The translations under genes were made by a program, and so were the position numbers. Shown piece by piece: positions 53,101 through 64,000 of a stretch of 64,000 nt of DNA (within the stretch, counting starts at the first letter, position 1; each line of letters begins with the position of its first letter). The stretch covers positions 46,562,001-46,626,000 of the forward strand of contig OX597832.1 in assembly GCA_951406725.2 (NCBI GenBank), in the 5' to 3' direction. Below the pieces are notes generated by a model. It saw nothing but the letters and a program-made list of their open reading frames with translations. It was not told the origin of the DNA and ran no database searches. Origin of the DNA: Octopus vulgaris (Eukaryota).

Positions 53101-53850
53101 TGGGTTACTCGACGAGAAGAAAATTCTAACTGGGCCCCACCTGCAAGGTCATGTGCTCTTTATTTTGATATGAGAATGAGATGACCATGGCATGCACATA
53201 TGGCTGTGATGTATGTGCCTAGTGTAACCTTATCAGACGGGTAGTCATGATCGGTATACTGGTCTTCGTATATTTTACCCCAGTGACACTTTGATGGCAT
53301 GCACTGTTCTCTCACTCAATAATAATAATGATAAACATGTACATTGTTTTGTCTTGGTATAAAAGATGGGCTACAGCAAATATTCTGCTCAATACCACAG
53401 ATTTGCTTGTCAGTTGTTTGACCTTAACCAGTTGAGCATGTCCCTTAGTGGCTGACGATATGTGCATCTCTGATCACGAGCAGAAGTAGTGGGGGAGCAT
53501 CATAGCCATGTGTTGAGAGGGATTCTTTGGGGTTTGAATAATTCACCTCTGGAAACATGGGTGGTCCTTTCAACATCCTTAAACAACCCTTATTGAGGGA
53601 CCTTTTGAGCGGGATGGGCTACTCAACCTGAAGAAAATTCTAACTGGGCCCCCACCTGCAAGGTCATGTGCTGTTTATCTTGATATGAGATCACCATGTC
53701 GCGCACATATGGTTGTGATGCATGTGCCTGGTGTACCCTTATCAGACGGGTAGTCATGATGGGTATATTGGGCTTCGTATATTTTACCCCGGTGTCACTT
53801 TGATGGCATGCACTGCTCTCTCACTCAATAATAATAATAATAATAATAAT
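53100..53850 (+). mobile_element. (AAT)n-tailed retroposon 3' region, present as two copies
   Basis: GAAGAAAATTCTAACTGGGCCCC...CTCTCACTC(AAT)n at about 53105-53330 and 53620-53850. Confidence 0.7.
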
Positions 53851-54602
53851 AATTTCATTTAGGTGTTGACTCTGGAGTTTACCCTATAAAGCACATATCC
53901 GCGCGTCCAGAATATCGAACTGTAGTCATCATAATTTATCCAACATTTGCCTGAAAATTCCTGAACTATACACATATATTTTACGATTATAAGCAAGGCA
54001 AGTGGAGAAAGAAGGTCGCTTTATAACAGGATGTTGAACTATTTCATCTGTATGGTTGCTTTGCCATTTTCTTAGACTTTCATCTTATAAAATATTGTTA
54101 TAATACGCAGTAATATGTGCAAATATCGATTCTGGAGGTGTCGCTGACACGTACGAAAATTGGATTCTTCACAATTATGCACAAATGGTAATTGCTCGAT
54201 AAATAGTTTTTAGGCATAAACCTGATGAGTTGAATTTTGTAACGTGTCATTGACCCCCTAAAGAATCAATATTTCAGATAGTATTGCATGATATAGAAAT
54301 ATTCATAGAGATCAGATTCAGAGGATACACACATACATACACACGCTCAGGCACACTCACACATATGTATTTATGGGTATTTGAATATATTTATATAACT
54401 ATAAGCGGGAGTGCCGAAAGGTTTCTGGCTGTATGGGTATCACGAAAGGTTTGGTTGGAATCCGAACGAAATTCACTCACAAATTGGAGGTCGTCCCTAA
54501 TTAAACGCAGAAACATCTCTTCGTAAATGTGTTACTGAAGTGCATGTGCCAGTAAAATATCCAGGCTGTATACATACATATATATATATCTGTATCATAT
54601 GG

Positions 54603-54658
<56 letters not shown>

Positions 54659-54729
54659 GTATATATAGCTTATGTGTGTGTATATATATATATATATATA
54701 TGCATGTCTATGGTTGTGCATGTCTGTCT

Positions 54730-54966
54730 TTTATCCTTTTATTCTGTAATTTTTTCACCAGCAGTCGGACTATTCCTCTGCATTGAAAAATTTTAGTCGA
54801 ACGACTCGCTCCTAGGGCTCAGTTATTTTGAAATCTTTTTACTTATTTTATTGACATCTTTTGCTGAACAACTAGATTATAGGAACGAAAAATACCAACG
54901 CCGGTTGTCGAGCGGGATGGGGTGCACAAACACAGACATAGTCACGCAGACATACGCACACACAGC

Positions 54967-55023
<57 letters not shown>

Positions 55024-55180
55024 TTAGATATATACGATGCGCATCTTTGAAGTTTCGTCTAACAAGACCACTCGCAGCAGGTCGGATCCAGGGTGTAGTA
55101 GAATATATTTGCTCAAGGTGTTACGGAGTTGGACTGAACCGCCAACTCTGTAGTTGTGAAGCAAAAGTCTAACCACAAAG
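54730..55180 (-). mobile_element. Old SINE family C copy
   Basis: CCGGTTGTCGAGCG...(CA)n...GTAGTAGAA...GGACTGAACC, degenerate. Confidence 0.6.
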
Positions 55181-55243
55181 GTAGGCCTACTATTGTGTGA
55201 TTGCTTTCCTAAGTATATTTTCTAAGTTGGCGGCTCTGTTTTC

Positions 55244-55279
<36 letters not shown>

Positions 55280-55280
<1 letters not shown>

Positions 55281-55820
55281 TTAAATCCTTTAAAATGTTT
55301 CGGCAATGCTGGGGCACCACCGTTGACTGTGCTACACTAGTATGTGAAACCACCTCTGATATTTGTCACTTGCTCAACAAGGGAGTTCGACGCCGCTGTC
55401 CGCATTTGTGTTTCCTGCCGAAAGTAGGTTCATCTGGAACCCCTGACAAGAAGAGATCGAGCTTAGTTTTAAAAAGCCCACATCCACACCGTGTAAGTCT
55501 CTCAGGCATTTAGGAAGAATATTGAAGACCTGTGGTCCCCTGAAACCCAAGCTGTTGCACTATCTGGTCCTGTATTTTCATGGTGATGCTGGGATGTTTG
55601 GCACCATGCAGTGGCGCCCCTTTCCGCTGTTGGGGTAACTTTCATTGCCAAAATTTTGGACAAGGCCCTCCAGGATTTGCCAGATGTATACCACTGCATA
55701 TCCCTACCGCCTTCGCTCCAGGGAGAAGAGTTTTAATACATTCAGTCTTAGCCAGTAGCTGATATGGGGCATTGAGACGATTTTCTTAGTGTAGCTTCGT
55801 TGGATTGCTTCGAGCTGTTA
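55280..55820 (-). pseudogene. CR1-group LINE ORF2 C-terminus and 3' end, 5'-truncated
   Basis: QLEAIQRSYTKKI...SYWLRLNVLKLFSLERRR*GYAVVYIWQILEGL; GPQVFNILPKCLRDLHG...KTKLDLFLSGVPDEP. Confidence 0.82.
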
Positions 55821-56056
55821 ACTTAATATACATATATATATATATATATAGGTAGATAGATAGATATATAGATAGATAGATAAATATATAGATAGATAGA
55901 TACATACATACATACATATATAGACACACACATATCTATATATATCTATCTATATATATAGAGAGAGAGATAAATAGATACATAGATATAGATATAGATT
56001 GATAGATACATACATACATATATAGACACAAATATATCTATATATACGTACGTATG

Positions 56057-56101
<45 letters not shown>

Positions 56102-56594
56102 CTATATATGTATATATATTTATATGTATGTGCGTACGTGTCTAAATATGAGTATATAAATATGTACATACGTACATACATACACACACACACACATATA
56201 TATATATATGCATACATAGATTCATAAATACTTCGTTATATACACACATATATACATTCAACTTTATCTACCTAGGCTGTATATGAGAGATAACTGGAAG
56301 CGTACAACCTAATTATTTCGAACATCATCGTCATAGTGTTTTTCTCCTTATTCTTTTATTCTTGTTCGTCTATTCTTTAAATCTTGTATGTTTTGTTCAG
56401 TTCAGCAATGTGTTGTAGTATTGAACACATTATTATTGCGAAATGCCTAAAAGCAGAAGTGTAATTTTTTTTTTTTTTTTTTTGGTTTTCTGTTTCTACT
56501 TAGCCAAATGTCTTCAAAGTTAATTTTTTTTTTTACACATATAAATAGAACATGAGGACGGGTATTATCAAGAATAAAATTGATAAGGACAAGC

Positions 56595-57358
<764 letters not shown>

Positions 57359-57549
57359 ACGCTGCCAATATTGCTGATCGTTAAGTCATAACCATTATCT
57401 ATACGATCATTATAATTATCAATATTAGACAAAATTACATTGAATTTTTCACATCGCTGAAGCATTACTTAGGAAGAAACCAAGAATCAGCTTCCTTACA
57501 GATATTTAATTAAGATAGAATCATACACAGATATCAACAAACACTCACA

Positions 57550-59245
<1,696 letters not shown>

Positions 59246-59581
59246 GCAGGTATTCATGCGGTTATAGATGTTAACTTTTATGCTAGAGTGTTACGTAAGA
59301 TATATGAGAATGGGCAATCTATAAAATTAAGGTGATTCTAAAATGAGGTTTGTGACCTTCCGAAGTTTTCGCAATGTCATTTATAGGTTTAAAGCAACCA
59401 ACGTTAAACGTACCTTCGTAAAATAATCGATATTTAGGAACACCATGAACAAAATGTCATCAATTTTCCCAGTATGATATTACGTTCAGTATCATTTGAG
59501 TTAGTGCTCTACAGGAGATATTCCAATAGCAATGGTGTGTATGAAAATATATCCGCTTTTTCGTTATGTAAGTATAACATA

Positions 59582-59989
59582 CTAGCAGCATAGCCCGGCG
59601 TTGCCCGGGTATGTAAGAGCCCCTAGTAGGCAACGACTAATCCCAATCTAGTTCTTTCCCTCTAGGGAACGAAGGCGCATGTGTAGGTTGCAATGTCTTC
59701 TCTTCACTCGAATACTTCTATGTATAAGATGTTCCTAGCTGTCTCCCGACAGAAAATGTGTTGCATAAAAAAAGCTTAGATTCTCGACCCCATGTCGAAT
59801 TTATCGATTATTTTCAGAACTGGGGGAACTTTTCAAAATTTTCGCTGCGTTAGTTTTGAATTATGACATTGGGCTATGTGTGTGTCAATTTTCATCAGAA
59901 TTGGTTGAAAGCCGTGGTCAGGGTGAGGGTACAAACTGACAGCCACACAGACACACAGACAGACTATCTGCCGTTTATATATAGAGAGA
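59582..59989 (-). mobile_element. Non-autonomous Helitron (family E2), full length
   Basis: Minus strand A|TCTCTCTATATATAAAC...CCCGGGCAACGCCGGG hairpin...CTAG|T. Confidence 0.85.
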
Positions 59990-60380
59990 TATGCTTTACA
60001 ATTCATGTCATCAACAATTATTTACTTAGTAGCATGCCCAAAATATTAAAGTTCTGTAGAATGTGTGACTTTTTCGGGAACTACGAACGTTGGGTATGAT
60101 TCGGAAACTGTCTCTCCAGGCGAGAAATGTGTAATGCACGAATATGTACCCTAGAGATTGGATTCATATAAGCGTGTTACGAGTACATACTTCCAGGGTG
60201 TAAGAGCTAACGAATATGGCATATACATATTAGCGATTTGCTAAATTATTCATAGATTTCTATGGAAAATACATATATGCTGAGAGAGAATTAAGTCCGG
60301 AATCAGCCGAGCGAACGGTCCTTGGAATGATATGAAAGGAAATAAAATGAGAAGTAGGACACATTCATAATAACCAGATT

Positions 60381-61193
60381 ACTCTCTCTCTTTTACTCTT
60401 TTACATGTTTCAGTCATTTGACTGCTGCGGCCATGCTGGAGCACCGCCTTTAGTCGAGCAACTCGACCCCGGGACTTATTCTTTTGTAAGCCCAGTACTT
60501 ATTCTATCGGTCTCTTTTGCCGAACCGCTAAGTGACGGGGACGTAAACACACCAGCATCGGTTGTCAAACAATGCTAGGGGTACAAACACAGACACACAA
60601 ACACATACACATACATACATATACGTATATATATACATACATATATACGACAGTTTGTCTGTGCGTTTTCTGTGTGTCTGTTTTCTCGTACCCTCACTCT
60701 GACCACGGCTTTCAACCGATTCTGATGAAACTTGACACACACATAGCCCAATGTCATAATTCAAAATTAACGCAGCGAAAATTTTGAAAAGTTCCCCCAG
60801 TTCTGAAAAAATTGATAAATTCGACATGGGGTCGAGAATCAGAAACCCAAACCACAGACCGTCTAGGGGACGCAACTCCACCTTTTTTAACTCTCAAAAA
60901 AAATTTACCATCATTTTTTTTTCCATTTTTTTGCTATTTTTTTGGCTATAACTCTCTAAAAATGCTTTATAGTTATTTCCCTTACAAACCTGAGCAACGC
61001 CGGGCGATACTGCTAGTATATACATATATACGACAGACTTCTTTCAGTTTCCGTCTACCAAATCCACTCACAAGGTATTGGTCGGCCCGGGGCTATAGCA
61101 GAAGACACTTGCCCAAGGTGCCACGCAGTGGTACTGAACCCGGAACCATGTGGTTGGTTAGCAAGCTACTTACCGCACAGCCACTCCTCCGCC
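60381..61193 (-). mobile_element. SINE family C split by a Helitron
   Basis: Tail half at 60381-60640 and head half at 61020-61193. Confidence 0.88.
60641..61016 (+). mobile_element. Chimeric Helitron (E2 5' part plus E1 3' part)
   Basis: 60650-60840 is the reverse complement of about 59780-59975; 60900-61016 matches about 48990-49116, ending hairpin-CTAG|T. Confidence 0.82.
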
Positions 61194-61759
61194 TTTGTTG
61201 ATTACGTATAAGTAAACAAGCTATATTCAAGAGTTAGGTAAAATATGTTTAAACCTTTAGAGAAATCTGTAAAAGATTACACTTTTCTCTATAGGATAAC
61301 AGAACGTAAATATACAAAGTGAGTAGCATAATTTCTCCATCATTCTGAATTACTCGCAGTTACTTGTAAAATGTTAACTTTTCTTTTCTGAAATGTTCTT
61401 ACCACTTGATAGGTTAAAACTGATATGAGAAACTTCTGGCGCTTCTCTTCAGTTTAGAATCTCCGAGTTATTCTATAAAGTGTTAGCTTGTCTTGGAAGA
61501 ATGATTTTTGAGCTATAATTCATCCGGCTAGATTCCACACAGATCCTTTTAAATTTCTCTTCTGTTATGTGCAATTTAATTACCTTGCCAAACATATATC
61601 CAGGGAGCTGTACAGAAGCATATTTTAAAAGACCATTTCACAACCACGTACCCTGGGTCAGGTCCCAATGCGCAGCATCTTGAGAAAATATGACTTGTAT
61701 ATGGGTACGTGTTAACTCGTAACCTCATAACTTATAAGTGAAATTAAAGTAAGGTAAAG

Positions 61760-61955
61760 GTTACTTTCTCGAATCATGCCGACTCATAAGGTTCTGTTTC
61801 TTGGTTTCCAAGAAGTATAAACTGTCCACCTGGACCGGACGCCGGTCCATCGCCGGATTAGTCGCTGAATAAACTGGAGCAACGTGAAATGAAATGTTTT
61901 TCTCAAGAATATATCGCATCACCCGGTCCAGGAAACGAAACCACAATCCTACCAC
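61760..61955 (-). mobile_element. Old SINE with D-type (CORE-like) head and tail X
   Basis: 61872-61945 matches 2303-2375; 61765-61855 matches the tail at 31392-31483. Confidence 0.6.
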
Positions 61956-62724
61956 CACGACTCCACCACCATCACAACTAAGCCACGTATCTCCGCTATA
62001 AGTGAAATTGGGTAGCCGCAAACTAAGTACAAGCAGGTACCTGCAATTCAAAATCACATCGTTGTCACTGATTCTACCCCCGACTTATGATATGGGTATA
62101 CTTGTCTGTGGAATGTTCAGGAATTTGCACTCAAATTCAATGAGCTGGCAGTTCGCTTGATCGAACAACAAATCAATAATCATTAACGAAAACGACGGAG
62201 ATCCTTCGAAGCATATATCATAAAACGTGTCAGCCATTTCTTCCTCCTTTTTTTTACGTATGGAAGAAAATTACAAAAAGATTCAGACCAAGGCCAATTA
62301 ACCGACAACACATTAACAAAATTATTGCCTTCGCAAGGGGAACAATTTATGCAAAAAAACGAAGCAATTGCTAAATATTGTATGAAAATGATAACACGTA
62401 TGATCCTTAATTAACACATTGTATCATTACGACTATTATTGATCATGATGTATAGAAATGTATTCCTCATTAGTAATTACATCAAACCCCTACTTTTCTG
62501 CTTTCAGTTGTTTTCTGGTACCACAATTGGTTTTTTAACATTATCATACAACTGCGGCAATAAGTGTGCCATATTTTTGTTGGTGTTCAACTACAAATCG
62601 GTTACTCCGACAAACCGAAAATGAATTTCCCTTAAATGCTAACTATGGATGGCTATCAATATTGGAATGGGAGAAATCGTAAATAGAAGCAATAACAACA
62701 TAGAGAACAGGAGAATAAGGGAAA

Positions 62725-62852
62725 CATTATCATCATCATCATCATTATCATCGTCATCATCATCATCATCATCGTCCTCGTCGTCGTAGTCATCGTCATC
62801 ATCATCAATATTATTATTATTATCATTATTATTATAATAGTAGTAATAGTAT

Positions 62853-62888
<36 letters not shown>

Positions 62889-63032
62889 GAGTAGCAATTG
62901 ATGGAGTAGTAGTAGTAGTAGTAGTAGTAGTAGGAGGAGGAGGAGGAGGAGCAATTGTTGTAGTAGTAGTAGTAGGAGGAGGAGGTGGAGTAGCAATTGT
63001 TGTAGTAGTAGTAGTAGTAGTAGTAGTAGTAA
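62725..63032. repeat. Compound (CAT)n/(TAT)n/(TAG)n/(GAG)n repeat
   Basis: Read directly. Confidence 0.95.
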
Positions 63033-63524
63033 TTACTGTTTGTGTTCTTTTAGTTACTGTTTGCTGTTATTGTCCACAATTTTTTCCATTCTATTTTCTC
63101 TACTTCTCGGGAGGCCATGCTAAAACAATAATTGACAGGTACAAAAAAAAAATAAAAGCGACAAAGTAATCTGGTTCAAAGCTGAACTACTGAAGAGACA
63201 TAATTAACCATCCATGAAATAGCTGGAACGGAACCATGAATGGCTCGTCAAGAATAATAATATACAGCAAATACTCAACAACTATGTTTCACAACATGCT
63301 TGTCTACGACGCTGTTTGGACAACACTGTCTCACAAATAAAAAGCAACATGAATCTGAAAGGATACGGATATGTCGATGTAGACCTGCTACTGAGTGACA
63401 TAGCTATTGCAGAACACTCTACATATGGGATGAAGTGCGTGTACATACGGTATCTATCGACCTTATAATAATCAGACATATTAAAGAATCTAACGATATA
63501 TATACGTATATATTTATATATGAA

Positions 63525-63695
63525 ACAGGGACAACTAATGAAGGGGAAAAATTTTTATGTTGCACGTCTCGTTTCTCTGTTTGTTTGTTTTTTCGTTGTT
63601 ACAAAATAACGTTCGTTTCTGATTTTGTTTTTATGTTTTCGTTTCTCCTTGTGTCCAAAGTTTTCTTGATGTTCTGTACCCATATATGCATGTAT
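63525..63695 (+). mobile_element. Family G 3' fragment between TA-rich tracts
   Basis: Similar to 16843-17005. Confidence 0.45.
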
Positions 63696-63742
63696 ATATA
63701 CATATATATGTAGCTATGAACATATATGTATATATGCATATG

Positions 63743-63787
63743 CTCTCTGACCAAACCACTACCTTAGGTAGTGGTTTGGTCAGAGAG
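63743..63787. repeat. Perfect 22-bp inverted repeat with a 1-nt spacer
   Basis: CTCTCTGACCAAACCACTACCT-T-AGGTAGTGGTTTGGTCAGAGAG. Confidence 0.95.
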
Positions 63788-64000
63788 TAAAAGTTAGATC
63801 GGTTAGGCAACTAGAAACACTCCCGCTGACAGTATACATATTCTGATGAAAATTTTATAGGAAATTCAGTTTACAAACATGACAATATTAACATCAGGAA
63901 ATTAAGAACACTATTTGGTGTTAAATAACCAGAATTAAGTAAATGCCAACTTGGAAATCTAAAGGAGTTAACTAGAATATACCACATATTTGAGAAACAG

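Noticed and set aside
54405-54570. Mariner-like terminal sequence
   Set aside because: Only weak resemblance; no partner TIR or transposase frame found

Overview
AT-rich, microsatellite-dense eukaryotic non-coding DNA (intronic or intergenic). The SINE families present and the very high (TA)n/(CA)n load point to an octopus genome; this is an inference from recalled repeat sequences, not a database result. No intact host protein-coding gene is supportable, and almost all listed ORFs are translations of microsatellites or SINEs. The window contains: (1) about 35 copies of four tRNA-derived SINE families, given working labels A-D; (2) one tRNA-Asp(GTC) gene or pseudogene; (3) decayed fragments of a mariner transposase, a Penelope-like RT/GIY-YIG, two R4/Dong-type LINEs, a CR1-group LINE and possibly an RTE LINE; (4) non-autonomous Helitrons with TC...CTAG ends, one of them chimeric; (5) a GG-ended MITE with 8-bp TSDs and an internal telomeric repeat, plus hAT and Tc1 MITEs. 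Most interesting are (a) several short elements flanked by (TA)n that carry type I hammerhead ribozyme motifs, two inside fold-back inverted repeats and one next to the Penelope-like RT relic; (b) SINE A multimers joined at one invariant junction in the loop of the tRNA-like hairpin; and (c) 3' tails shared between SINEs and LINE-like elements within the same window.
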